DNA of 64,000 bases. Source: Antedon mediterranea (lineage: Eukaryota > Animalia > Echinodermata). The position numbers and the translations under genes are program-made. The DNA is taken from contig NC_092678.1 in the NCBI RefSeq assembly GCF_964355755.1, positions 11,468,352 to 11,532,351 on the forward strand, read 5' to 3'. Below are positions 24,701 to 34,312 of the stretch, in pieces. The first letter of the stretch is position 1. Each line of letters starts with the position of its first letter. Under the pieces are notes generated by a model. It made no database searches and was not told where the DNA came from. It worked only from the letters and a program-made list of their open reading frames with translations.

Positions 24701-25711
24701 ATGATATTAATGATGTTGATAATAATGATATTGATAATGATGGTGATAGTTAAGATATTAATGATAATGATGATGATATCGATAATGATGGTGATAGTTA
24801 TGATAATGATAGTGATATTGATCATTATGGTGATAATTATGATGTTGATAATAATGATGGTGGTGATGATGTTAATAATGATGGTGTTGATATAGATAAT
24901 GATGGTGATGATGTTTATAATGATGGTGGTGATATAGATAATGATGGTGGTGATGATGTTAATGTTGATAATGGTGTTGATAATGACATGATGATGATAA
25001 AAATGATGATGATGTTGCTAATGATGGTGGTGATATAGATAATGATGGTGATGATGTTGATAATGATGGTGGTGATGATGTTAATAATGATTGTGATGTT
25101 AATGTTGATGATGGTGTTGATAATGACATGATGATGATAATAATGATGATGTTGATAATGATGGTGGTGATGTAGATAATGATGGTGATGACGTTGATAA
25201 TAACATGATTATGTTGATAATAACATGATGATTTTGATAATGATATGATGGTGTTGATTATGACATGATGATGTTGATTATGACATGATGTTGTTGATTA
25301 CGATGGTGATAATTATGATGAAAATAATTATAGTGGTAATGACATGATGATATTGATTATGATGGTGATGGAATTAATAATGATGGTGTTAATTATGATG
25401 GTAACAATTTATGGATGTTAATTTTTATTGAATGTTTTTTACTATGTTTTGTGTATGTGCATACAGGGCTTGTTTTTTTCTATTATTTTATATGGCAATG
25501 AAGAGTAATACACATTTTATTCATATAGCTTAATCTTTAATTTTTGTTTAGGAATTTTATAATTACTATTTCTTGCCAATTTTTTTTTAAATAGATCAGT
25601 CAAGATATGAACAAAACTGTTGAAACAGAACTGGTAAACATTTCTCAAATATCAAAGTCAACATCAGAACCAACAGCAAATGCAAGAGTAATTGATGAAA
25701 CTGATGTTTGA
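648..25711 (+). CDS. SLC26 family anion transporter (prestin/SLC26A5-A6-like), 5'-partial, 14 visible coding exons
   Basis: GT-AG exons 648-758, 1232-1377, 2434-2598, 3013-3165, 4037-4119, 12094-12241, 13054-13167, 13847-13924, 17062-17157, 17488-17664, 17850-18056, 18248-18479, 23977-24095, 25595-25711 join in one frame (1946 nt). Motifs: [46 protein letters not shown] (YYAN, NFID.MG). The exact paralogue cannot be assigned by eye. Confidence 0.95.
1232..1377 (+). CDS. SLC26 exon ([10 protein letters not shown]...FMVGFIQ)
   Basis: ttag acceptor, CAG|gta donor; phase matches neighbours; contains an N-S-T sequon. Confidence 0.93.
2194..2405. mobile_element. Inverted pair of Penelope-like pseudo-LTR fragments (about 210-bp palindrome)
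   Basis: Two ~100-bp arms are imperfect reverse complements around a 13-nt spacer; each arm carries a hammerhead-like core. Confidence 0.75.
2307..2346 (+). ncRNA. Minimal (Penelope-type) hammerhead ribozyme motif
   Basis: CUC-CUGAGGA-C-GAUCAAA(ACAU)UUUGAUC-GAAA-CGU-C-GAG: stem I CUC/GAG, perfect stem II, palindromic ACGU stem III, GUC cleavage triplet. Confidence 0.75.
2434..2598 (+). CDS. SLC26 exon ([10 protein letters not shown]...GPFALIK)
   Basis: T-tract+cag acceptor, AAG|gtt donor; GFTTGAA motif. Confidence 0.93.
3013..3165 (+). CDS. SLC26 exon (SYEELF...FPIPMELAV)
   Basis: T-tract+cag acceptor, gtatgt donor; PIP.EL motif. Confidence 0.92.
3378..3719. mobile_element. MITE, PIF/Harbinger-like
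   Basis: TIR AGGGAGTTTTCGCAACC...GGTTGCGAAAACTCCCT; 3-bp AAT duplication on both sides. Confidence 0.8.
4037..4119 (+). CDS. SLC26 exon ([28 protein letters not shown])
   Basis: T-tract+ag acceptor, gtaaat donor; VG.IP.G motif. Confidence 0.92.
4225..4504. repeat. Tandem repeat, 4 x 70 bp
   Basis: GAGG(A/G)TGAAC recurs at 4261, 4331, 4401 and 4471; copies are nearly identical. Confidence 0.95.
4996..5740. mobile_element. Non-autonomous MULE/foldback-like element inserted in the LINE 3' UTR
   Basis: 8-bp TSD ATAATTTA (4988-4995 and 5741-5748); G...C termini; inverted arrays of a ~15-bp AAGTCAA(C/G)TCGGCC unit. Confidence 0.85.
5825..8821 (-). pseudogene. LINE ORF2: AP endonuclease + reverse transcriptase (disrupted)
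   Basis: ALNETRL, GDVNCD, LIDHF, SDH (APE); [32 protein letters not shown] (RT); several frameshifts. Confidence 0.95.
8855..10255 (-). pseudogene. LINE ORF1: coiled coil + SGNH/GDSL esterase + two CCHC zinc knuckles
   Basis: [48 protein letters not shown]; one frame with in-frame TAA stops at 9491-9493 and 10160-10162. Confidence 0.88.
12094..12241 (+). CDS. SLC26 exon (LPAPTM...YEIDANQ)
   Basis: ttag acceptor, CAG|gtta donor; frame continues across the 8-kb intron. Confidence 0.93.
12557..12905. mobile_element. Kolobok-like MITE
   Basis: TTAA TSD; TIR AGATGTATTGTCCCC. Confidence 0.8.
13054..13167 (+). CDS. SLC26 exon (ELLAGG...[16 protein letters not shown])
   Basis: AG/GT boundaries; conserved TM10 SLSRS anion-binding motif. 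Confidence 0.94.
13195..13495. repeat. Minisatellite, about 8 x 36 bp
   Basis: unit TATAACTGCACCATGTTTAGGGCCATGTAAGGCCTG. Confidence 0.95.
13847..13924 (+). CDS. SLC26 exon ([26 protein letters not shown])
   Basis: T-tract+ag acceptor, gtacgt donor. Confidence 0.92.
14100..14171 (+). pseudogene. tRNA-like sequence (pseudo-tRNA or SINE head; apparent anticodon ATC)
   Basis: Acceptor stem GCCCCAG/TTGGGGC, A box, perfect T arm CCGAG-TTCGAGT-CTCGG, T5 downstream; anticodon stem has two mismatches. Confidence 0.6.
14487..16571. mobile_element. Kolobok-like non-autonomous element with duplicated left end and nested inserts
   Basis: TTAA flanks; imperfect TIR AGCTCAGGTACAGG / CCCGCACCTGGCCT; ~105-bp left end repeated in tandem; segment 15050-15370 recurs near 43200-43600. 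Confidence 0.5.
14800..15050 (+). mobile_element. 3' fragment of an L2-type LINE
   Basis: translates as YGNRSFS...LWNALP..IR....[10 protein letters not shown], followed by a (TTA)n tail. Confidence 0.7.
17062..17157 (+). CDS. SLC26 exon ([15 protein letters not shown]...TIDF)
   Basis: gcag acceptor, gtaagt donor. Confidence 0.93.
17488..17664 (+). CDS. SLC26 exon (GIWTVTF...FRTQRP...[12 protein letters not shown])
   Basis: acag acceptor, gtaagt donor; last TM helices and linker. Confidence 0.93.
17850..18056 (+). CDS. SLC26 exon, start of STAS ([20 protein letters not shown]...)
   Basis: atag acceptor, gtaagt donor. Confidence 0.92.
18248..18479 (+). CDS. SLC26 exon, STAS variable loop and core (...[21 protein letters not shown]...LANCK)
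   Basis: gtag acceptor, AAG|gtaaaa donor. Confidence 0.92.
19025..23299 (-). mobile_element. Sola3-like DNA transposon, internally deleted
   Basis: TTAA TSD, GAG...CTC termini, ~600-bp near-identical TIRs; minus-strand transposase C-terminal remnants (VWMAYGVG, C2H2 finger FCREQGC...[15 protein letters not shown]...[10 protein letters not shown]...QIASFFS); no catalytic core seen. Confidence 0.8.
20575..20932 (+). mobile_element. tRNA-derived SINE with Deu/Nin-like central domain
   Basis: A box TGGCCGAGCGG, B box GGTTCGAGGC, core ATAAACCGTAGGTCC...TTAAAGAACC...GAGTAGGGGGTTACCCCGGTGT, (AAAT)n tail. Confidence 0.8.
23977..24095 (+). CDS. SLC26 exon, end of STAS ([13 protein letters not shown]...LYVTIHDAL...)
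   Basis: acag acceptor, GTG|gtaagt donor; TIHDA motif. Confidence 0.9.
24025..24256 (+). repeat. Local tandem duplications of the exon 3' end and its splice donor
   Basis: GATCTACTTGATGTG|GTAAGTCAA occurs three times (GT at 24096, 24145, 24248). Confidence 0.92.
24610..25410. repeat. Degenerate (GAT/AAT/GGT)n trinucleotide repeat
   Basis: about 800 bp of ATG/ATA/GTG triplets. Confidence 0.95.
25595..25711 (+). CDS. SLC26 terminal exon (ISQDMNK...VIDETDV*)
   Basis: T-tract+atag acceptor, phase 0, TGA stop; ends in a class I PDZ-type motif (T-x-V); AATAAA near 25774. Confidence 0.8.
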   Translation: MSQDMNKTVETELVNISQISKSTSEPTANARVIDETDV

Positions 25712-27179
25712 TTATCTGATTGTTGTCAAATTTCAATCATCTCTAAAATGTTTGATTTCACTTCAAGAATACCAATAAAAAATGATTTTAACAGAAATGA
25801 ATTAAAATGAGTGCATACGTTTTAAAATGCCAATTATAAAATGATAGTCATTGTTTTTATGCAAATAATTTTAATTACATAGTTTTATTATTTATATTAT
25901 GACTTTTTCCACAAAATGCATATTATAAAATTAAAATATGATAGTTTTAGAATATATATTTTATGTTGTATGGTGTAATTTTATTTTAGGTATTTATGTG
26001 TAGACTAGAATAGAATTAATGTTATAGCTTATTTAACAGTAAATCAATTTTAGTAAATATTATAATTAAAATATAATCATTGGAAAATAAACTCCTAATA
26101 AACCCCTATTTACAACTCACCTTTGCCTCGTTAAAAATAGAGCAGTAAATTGTTCAACTCATGAAATATTCTCACCATCCAACTCATAAACATTCATTAT
26201 TTGACATGATTTGTAAAACCTCCCTATATTTCATTATTCCAAGTTAGGAGGTCTGCAATATAAAGTTATGCAGTTTCTTTCATCAAATGTCGCCAATGTA
26301 TCAATTATGTAATAATAGATCTCAAACATTCATTAAGCCCAATGACCTTCTTTACCCTGTCTTCCATTCTGTTCATCAGTGGTGCCATTTAAAACGACAA
26401 ATAAAAACTATATTGACAAGGAGATTTATTTAAAAGAAATTATATGTTTGAATTTTAAAAAGTAAATTGTGAATACTTATGAGTTTCTTTTAAATATAGT
26501 TTGATACGAATTAAATGTGATCTGTACATAGAACAAAAAATATGGCAAAAGTTATTTGTATTACGATACAAATATTATATTAAAAGTGTATATTAAGAAA
26601 ATATATATTGTATACTTAGATAAATAGATTCAGTAGTTAAAATGTTATTTGCACACTACAGACTGTTTCATGAAGTTGATAGAAATCGCTCTTCAATCAT
26701 CGGGAGCCTACCATCAAGTCAAAAAGAAAGAAGAAACAAGAATAAAGTTAGATGTGTACACCATGAAAGATTTTTAAAAACCCTAAGAAATCAAATGTTG
26801 CTTGTTAATTTGGCATTGTCTAACAAGGTTGTCTTGTTACATTATACTCATCATCTTATGACTATGTTCATTATTTTGTAATTCTGCCGCGATAATTATG
26901 AGCAATTGTTCGTTAATATTTGTTCTTTATGCGAGTGTGGATAATTTTTAGCCGCTATTGCTACTTCAAAAAATACAAATACAGTACTCTATTAGAGTAT
27001 TACAAAAGTGTATGTATTTTTGTATGGTTAAGTGTAATTTTTGGAGGTAAATGCCACCACCTATATTCTGTACATTGTTGTGTTTTCGCAAGGACTCCTT
27101 TATTACACTTACTTAGTATAAAGTACAAAATGCCGTCAGATGGAACAAACACTGACCAAAATACATCAGTAGCAGTTCG

Positions 27180-27630
27180 AATTGATAAATTGATTGAAAT
27201 AAATCGAAAAGTCGGTTTATTAATTTGAAATAACGAATTAATAATTCAAAATAACGAATTGATAATTTCGACTTTTTAATTTGTTATTTCGAATTCGTAC
27301 GAACGCCCTATTAGGGCCAAACAAAATATATATTACTTTCAGAATTAAATTCGAAATAACGAATCAATAATTCGAAATTTTATATTAATTAAGTAATTCG
27401 AAATAACCAAATAATAATTTGAAATTTCGAATTACTTAATTCAAAACAACGAATTTATAATTTAAAATAACGAAATAAAATGTCGAAATTATGAATTATT
27501 AATTCGAAAAAACGAATTAACAATTATAACGAATTAATAATTCGAAAAAACGAATTAATATATTTTCATAATGATAAAACTATAATAATTCGACATTAAC
27601 GAATTAATAATTCGAAATAATTAGAATTTA
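27180..27630. repeat. Degenerate ~21-bp tandem array (TTCGAAATAACGAATTAATAA)
   Basis: Repeated unit; inverted copies at about 33480-33495 and 33650-33690. Confidence 0.8.
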
Positions 27631-27774
27631 AACATATACTATGTTACATTCTAACCGGCCCAATCACTATCATCGGTAGATACATCATATTTTTTATTTG
27701 TAAGGGATAAATCCGAAACAACATCATAACACGTATTTGAACTCGATAACTTGGCATCGGTAGACGAACATAAT

Positions 27775-28145
27775 TGAAGATTCATTGACATAATTATATG
27801 TTTTTTGTTTGTTTTACCGATACATTCACATTTAATGCTAAATGTAAATAAACGAAACGATATTGTAGATACAGAAACAAAATGGTAACAGATTCATTGA
27901 CATAAATATGTTTATTTGTTTTAATGATTACTCATACCTGATACATTTACATTTAATGTTAAATGTAATAACTAAATAAAACGATTGTAGATGCACAGAA
28001 ACAAAATGGTAACATTCATTGACGTAATTATATGTATGTTTGTTTTACTGATCACCTGATACATTTAATGTTAAATGTAAATGAAACGATTTAATACAGA
28101 AACAAAATGGATTGACGACATACTAATTATATGTATTTTTGATTT
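27775..28145. repeat. Degenerate ~120-bp tandem repeat (3-4 copies)
   Basis: ACAGAAACAAAATGG and GATACATT..CATTTAATG.TAAATGTAA recur; a further partial copy lies near 29435. Confidence 0.75.
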
Positions 28146-28327
28146 ACGACTGGCTATAGTTGGACAAACAACGATTCTTCTCTGTTTTTTTCTTAGATTA
28201 TTCGATTTACCGATTACCGTGGCAACAATTTTCTTGAACTAAACATAAATAAAACGAAAGAAATAAGATAAGGATTGATTTTCGAAAAACATAATTGGTC
28301 TGACAGTATGGACTCGGTATACATTAA

Positions 28328-28874
28328 AGATGTATTGTCCCTTGAAACACAAAAAAATGAAGGTCGAAATATTCTAAATTTAAAGTGGCCATATCAAAGT
28401 AATATTAAAGTTATTCACTTTTAGTCGAAAATTTGAGCCAAAAACAACAAGTTTACGTAATTAACAGGTAAATTAGTTTGATTACATTTCATCTGGAAAA
28501 TCGTCACGAGCGAAAGTAAACAAAGATTTCAAACCATGAGTACGCATTATGCATATGCTAAATTAGGATTGTTTACAACTCGTCACGGTTAAGAAGGTAT
28601 TTTCACACAGATCAAGAGTAAGTTTTATGATTATGCATACATAGTAGCCAAACAAGCGCGTTTCATTATGGGATATGTTTTGATTGAAAACTTTGACTGG
28701 AAGTCAAAGTTATTTTTTAAACAAAAAAACGTCTGTATTTCAGTTAAATTTTTTTTTTTTCGAAAAATTGTTGGTGATAGTTAATAACTATTATGATACT
28801 TCAAAATGACCCACCTTTTTTCGAAATCTTTTATTTTTTATTTTTTTGGAATTAGTCAAAGGGACAATACATCT
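28328..28874. mobile_element. Kolobok-like MITE (same TIR as 12557-12905)
   Basis: TTAA TSD; TIR AGATGTATTGTCCC. Confidence 0.8.
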
Positions 28875-29881
28875 TTAAATAAAGGAGAGCAAGTAGAGAT
28901 TGTTAACAATTATAAGTATCTGGGAGTATAGATAAGAAGTTAAATACAAGGCTCGTTTGTTTGGGGGCAAAGCAGGATATTTGTACAGTACTATAGAATG
29001 TTTTTACTAATCAGTGATGTTTTATTTGGGGATGTTATGTTATGTTATTATTTATGGTCTGGGAATTATCAGTAAGGGCATGTAAGGTGGGATAAAGATC
29101 GAATTAAGAAGGTGCTGGGTAGTAATTGGTTTGTCTGCTTGACTCATTCTACAGCGAACGGTTTGCCGATGCTATATTTCATTCTGTACTATTTATGTGT
29201 TTTTTATGAATAAATACCTATATATATATTCCATGCTATATTGGAAGACACCAATCATCCTCGTCATGGCGACATTGTCAGCTCCGTTTTGCATTCGTTA
29301 TTATATAGGCCTAATTTTGATGCAAACATTGTTCAATTAGACGTTTTAAAACGTTTTAGAAAAAAACAAACCTAAAAACACGCAATTTCTAACGTTTCGA
29401 TTACGTTTAACAAACGTTCCTTGTTTGCTGGTAACAAAATGGTACAGATTCATTGACATAATTATAATGTTTATTTACTGATTACCTAATATAATCAGTA
29501 ATGTGATAGATCTTATTAAATGTACGTCTGTCATTTTTATTAAAATGTGCTACTGTAATCGTTACATAAATTATATTTTTTATTTGTAACTGGACTAAAA
29601 TATATATATATATATAAATGCCAAATATTCAAAGATAACGGCCTACGCATTACCATAGAAGCAAACAAACAAGTCATCAACTTCTTAGACGTCACACTCA
29701 ACCTAGCGAAGAACACATACCAGCCCTACACCAAACCAAACGCCACGTTACAGTATATCCATCAACAAAGTAACCACCCACCGACCATCCTAAAGAATAT
29801 CCCGCCGGAATAAACAAACGACTCTCGTCCTTGTCATCCGACAAGAATTCATTCAACCAAGCCGCCCCTGTACTAGAAAAC

Positions 29882-31923
29882 GGGTAGTAACAAAGTGCGA
29901 GGCAGGGAAGGCATGCGAGGCAAGTCAGAAATTTATGCGAGGCATCGTTTTACCATCATCAAAAAATGCGAGGCATCATTTTATCATTTCTCAAAATTGC
30001 AAGGCAGGAAATCACCGAAATTGAAGTAGCCTAGGCCCGCTAGGCTAGTTTCCTTTTGCACCTGCCTTGTATTTTAACCAACTTTATCCTGAATACCACA
30101 GCTTAGAATTAGTAGGCCTACTTTAATGAAGAAAAATCACATAAAAGTAACAATAAATCCATTAAATTGGTGATTTTACAGACGTTGTTTTTCTCGCATT
30201 TCGCACACTCAATGTTCAATATTTTGGTTTCTATGGAACGCCAAAAGAGCAAAATTAATTAGAGGGCTAAAAACTCTGTGGAATCCATTTATATTTAACG
30301 CATTATTTGGTGAAAATCAAATACAATTTCAATAGATTTTGTCACTGTCAGTAAGGAAAAATGTTACTGTTGATAATGTACACGGTTTCGTTAACCTTTT
30401 AAAGAATAAAATAGAAAAATTCATCATAATATCCTTAGTAGGATGTCCTAGGTCTAGACTAGGTAGTGATGTTGATTTAGGATCGATTATTATTCTTTGA
30501 AAACAGAACAGTATCAGCAGTAACATATTACAGCATTTTTATTGACAAATTAACAAATATATTGAAATAAAACGTGTTTTTCACCAATAAATGCATGAGA
30601 AATTGACGCATTCCACTGAGTTTTAGTCCTCTATTATCGTTGCTCTTTTGGCGCTCCATAGAAACAAAAATATTGAACATTGAATAAGTGAAATTCGCGA
30701 ACAGTGTGCGAGAAACACGCCTGTAAAATCATTAATTTAAGGATTTATTTGTTATTTTTTATGTGATTCTTTCATTAAAGTACTCATGAGGTATACTTCT
30801 AAGGTGTGGTATTCACGCGATAAAGTTAGTTATCAAATTTGGAGTAAAAATACAAGCGAAGGAAACTATAGCGCCAGGTTTATTAGTACGTACATGGACA
30901 ACAATAAATAAAAATCGTTCGTAATATACCTAGCTTACTAAAACAGGAATAGTGTATCATTATTAAATATTACACCAACTATTGTTATATCAAAATTGAT
31001 TAAATTATTTTCTACATAGGCCTCTTATCTAGGTTTAGTAGGGCTAAGCATATTAGCTAAAGTTTAATTTTAGGCCTAGTATTACAATTGTCGGACGTAA
31101 GTCTTTTTTCACACGCGCTCCAGAATTCTGTCGCAATTTTTTTCTTTGCCATGCGGCATGTTATTGGATCGCCATATCAGTTACCTTTTATTCACCGCCA
31201 GTTATTGAACTTGTCCTGGCAATCGCTGTTCACCTTATTTGCGAGAGAGGTACACGTGTTGTTCCTAGAGAATGGAATGTCTTTGGCACGCCGCTCAGAG
31301 AGAAGTCTGTGCGTTGCTGCTGCTGAAACCACGTGCTATAGGAGGGGAATGCACCACAATCCTCTGAGCTGAGGGCTGAATCATTCCGCTACCTGCTAAA
31401 TAGTAAAGAGGGATTTTCCATCTCTCGGGTCTACCGGATCTAGGCGCAGGGGTGTGACAAAATATTATTTTCACTCTGCTATGTTCGAGAGACATGTGAG
31501 TGAACACGCTCAAAATGCCAACAAACATTGCAGTCATTTGATGAGTGTGTCGCTATAACAATTATTGTTTATCGAAAGTTGAAGACTGTCGTTCAGATTT
31601 TTTAACCGTAGTTTGGGCACTTTTGTAAAAGTAAAATTTGACAAGATATGACTTGAATGAAAAAACAATCGTTACATAAAAATAAACAACATGATGAGTG
31701 TATACACAAATCTATTTAGATACGCTTGTATCGATTGATTATTAGGCCTATAATATAGCATAATAGCACGTTAAGATATGCCTCGCACCTTTTTGAAATT
31801 GTAAACTATATGCCTCGTCGCATGCCTCGCACTTTTGGAAATGATAAAATGATGCCTCGCACAAATATTTGGCATGCCTAGCATGCCTCGCGTGCCTCGC
31901 TGCCTCGCACTTTGTCAACACTC
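29882..31923. mobile_element. Non-autonomous MULE-like element
   Basis: 9-bp TSD CTAGAAAAC (29873-29881 and 31924-31932); imperfect TIR with TGCGAGGCA subterminal repeats; internal inverted repeat about 30045-30320 vs 30575-30870. Confidence 0.88.
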
Positions 31924-32769
31924 CTAGAAAACTCTCAACGACAGTGAATACAAGTACACACTAAAATACGAGCCGGCAACCCAGACAAGACGAAAAAACA
32001 GACAACGAAACGACATTCTGTGGTACAACCCACCGTTCAGCAAAAACGTCAGCACAAACATTGGACAGAAATTCCTATCCCTAGTAGACAAACATTTTCC
32101 AAAAGATAACAAACTAAGAAAAATCTTCAACCGAAACACTATCAAGATTAGCTACAGTTTTATGAACAATATGAAACAGATAATAGACAGTCACAACAAG
32201 AGAATACTCAACCATCCCGAAACAACATCCGTGGAAAACACGCAAGAAAACAAAACATGCAACTGCCGACAGAAAAACACATGCCCGCTAAACGGAAATT
32301 GCTTACAATATCATCTGTAATATACCAAGCCACAGTTACACGCAAAGACAAATCCACCTCGGAAACTTATATCGGACTCACTGAAAATGATTTTAAAACA
32401 CGATACAGAAATCACACCTCATCATTCCGTAATACACGTTCTAGAAACTCAACCGAACTCGGTAAACATATTTGGACACTCGAGGACAACACAGACTATT
32501 CAATCTCATGGCGCATCTTGGCATCTACTAAAGCATATAGTAGCGCAAACAAAAAATGCAACCTCTGCCTCAAAGAGAAATTATTTATCATCCGCCACCC
32601 TGAATTATCGACATTAAACAAACGTAACGAACTTATGTCCGCCTGCCGGGGCACAGAAAGAAAGCATTGTTATATAACAGCTGACATTCCAAAACATATC
32701 ACCTGTAAATGCTAATTCTACAAGTAAATGTGCTTATAAGCAACGTTGTAATTGATTCTTCTCATTATA

Positions 32770-32821
32770 GTCTCCTGATGAGTGAGTTGCACGACTCGCG
32801 AAACAAGCCTGTTGTAGAGAC
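32770..32821 (+). ncRNA. Canonical type I hammerhead ribozyme
   Basis: GUCUC-CUGAUGA-GUGAGU(UGCACG)ACUCGC-GAAA-CAA(GCCUG)UUG-U-A-GAGAC; intact core, three stems, predicted cleavage after GUA at 32816. Confidence 0.9.
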
Positions 32822-32879
32822 CAAACTGTAGTTTTTACTTCTTTTCCAGACTTAACGTATATATATATATATATATATA

Positions 32880-33160
32880 CGTTATTATTGTTATTCAGAC
32901 TCCACCCTGGCTCCCTTTGTTATATTTCTTTTATTCCTGTCCACCCAGGCAGCACTTGCCAGCTTTATACTCTGACGTTATCCAAATTCCTTCACTTGCA
33001 CTGATGAAGGGCTAGTGTTGCCCGAAAGCTCTGCTAACTTTTCTGGCTGTTTACTTTATCGTTTTGATTTAGCTTTTCGATTTTTATTTTTGTATCTCCA
33101 TTGAGATCCAGCCACTGATACCCACAGCATTGTCATTTTTTTCAGTAATTTGCCTTTGGA
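32880..33160 (+). mobile_element. Solo pseudo-LTR fragment of a second Penelope-like family
   Basis: Bounded by (TA)n at 32858-32879 and about 33162-33176; contains a minimal hammerhead followed by a T-rich tract. Confidence 0.65.
32998..33034 (+). ncRNA. Minimal (Penelope-type) hammerhead ribozyme motif
   Basis: GCA-CUGAUGA-A-GGGC(UAGUGUU)GCCC-GAAA-GCU-C-UGC; palindromic AGCU stem III. Confidence 0.8.
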
Positions 33161-33491
33161 TTTATATATATATATACTTTCTGTATCTATAAATCTGTCT
33201 ATAAATTATTCAATATCCACCTTAGGGAATCCACCTAATATCCATATTCGGGAAGGATACCTAAACAAGTATATAGAAATAAAGAGCCATGTATACTGTT
33301 ACTTTAATACTGCATTTATTTCTGCAGCGTGTAGGGCAATAGTTGTTTTCCCACTGAACAAAAACAAAAGCAGCTGTATTTTAACACATTAGCACACTAA
33401 ATTAAAAAATGAGACGCCCATTTTCCCATCTTCTTATAGTTCCTATAGTCCATACAAGTCGAGGTGGCCGAAAACGGCACGTTATTTCGAA

Positions 33492-33635
33492 TTATAATAA
33501 TAATAATAATAAATACTTTATTTTAAAGTATTTAAATTTGTGCCATTTTGCATTGGTTTTTTTAGAGTATTCCATAATCTAGCACCATGATATGAAAAAC
33601 TGTTTTTTTATATTCTGTTTTGGGTTTATCCAATT
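33492..33635 (-). mobile_element. Short 3' LINE fragment
   Basis: minus strand reads FSYHGARLWNTL; followed by AATAAA and a (TTA)n tail. Confidence 0.55.
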
Positions 33636-34239
33636 TTAATTACTAAATTAATTTGAAATTTCGAATTAATAATTCGTTATTTCGAATTTCAGAAAGTAAT
33701 ATATTTTTTTGTCCCTAATGATTTATATGGCTCTGTACGTGTATGTAATCAGAGCCATATAATATATGGCTCTGTCTTCTGTAATCAGAGCCATTATATT
33801 TTATATATATAATTATGGCTCTGTCTGTAATAAATAAATAGTGCCCTCTATTGACTGTCTAATCATGTCACGCATGATTGATCTAAAAGAATAACAAAAT
33901 CTGCTGAGAGCACCACCGATAGAGAGAGAAACGGGATAGGTTAGGACGGGAACTAACTACTGTACTACTTACTACTCTTGTTTGTAGTCTACTACTACGG
34001 TGAACCTGAAAAATGTGATCAGATGCTTTTATGGTTTATTTCCGGTGACCTTGATTTAGGTCTATCATTACTGTAGGTACGACCAGAGTCCAGAGAATGA
34101 CTGCACTGTAGCATATATTTTTATTTATCCACGCTGACCTGTTCTGTTGTTGTGTGCTGAAATCTCAAGTTCAAGATATACTCCACGTGCCTACCCTCCT
34201 AGCCCAGCTAGTTCTAAGTTAATTGATAAAGGCAAAAGC

Positions 34240-34312
34240 ATGTCTTCAGGCATTGATAACATAGGATTGCGTTATGTATTTGCAGGCTCTTCTTGTATGA
34301 CGGCTGCGTTTG
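34240..34312 (+). CDS. SLC25 carrier exon 1 (MSSGIDNIGLRYVFAGSSCMTAAF)
   Basis: AGC ATG context; G|gtaatt donor, phase 1. Confidence 0.85.

Larger units (their letters stand above)
29617..32857 (+). mobile_element. 5'-truncated Penelope-like retroelement, Naiad-type (RT thumb + GIY-YIG + pLTR), split by a MULE-like insert
   Basis: INFLDVTL...YIHQQSNHPPTILKNIP (29620-29880); ILWYNPPFSKNVSTNIG, CNCRQKNTCPLNGNC, VIYQA...YIGLT...FKTRY.NH, CNLCLKEK, LNKRNEL (31930-32715); (TA)n on both sides; hammerhead in the 3' repeat. Confidence 0.9.

Noticed and set aside
24619-24895. Ile/Met-rich ORFs on both strands
   Set aside because: Translation artefacts of a trinucleotide repeat
31930-32715. Selenoprotein-type Naiad element
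   Set aside because: Some Naiads encode Sec, but the Cys positions visible here use TGC and I found no in-frame TGA at conserved sites
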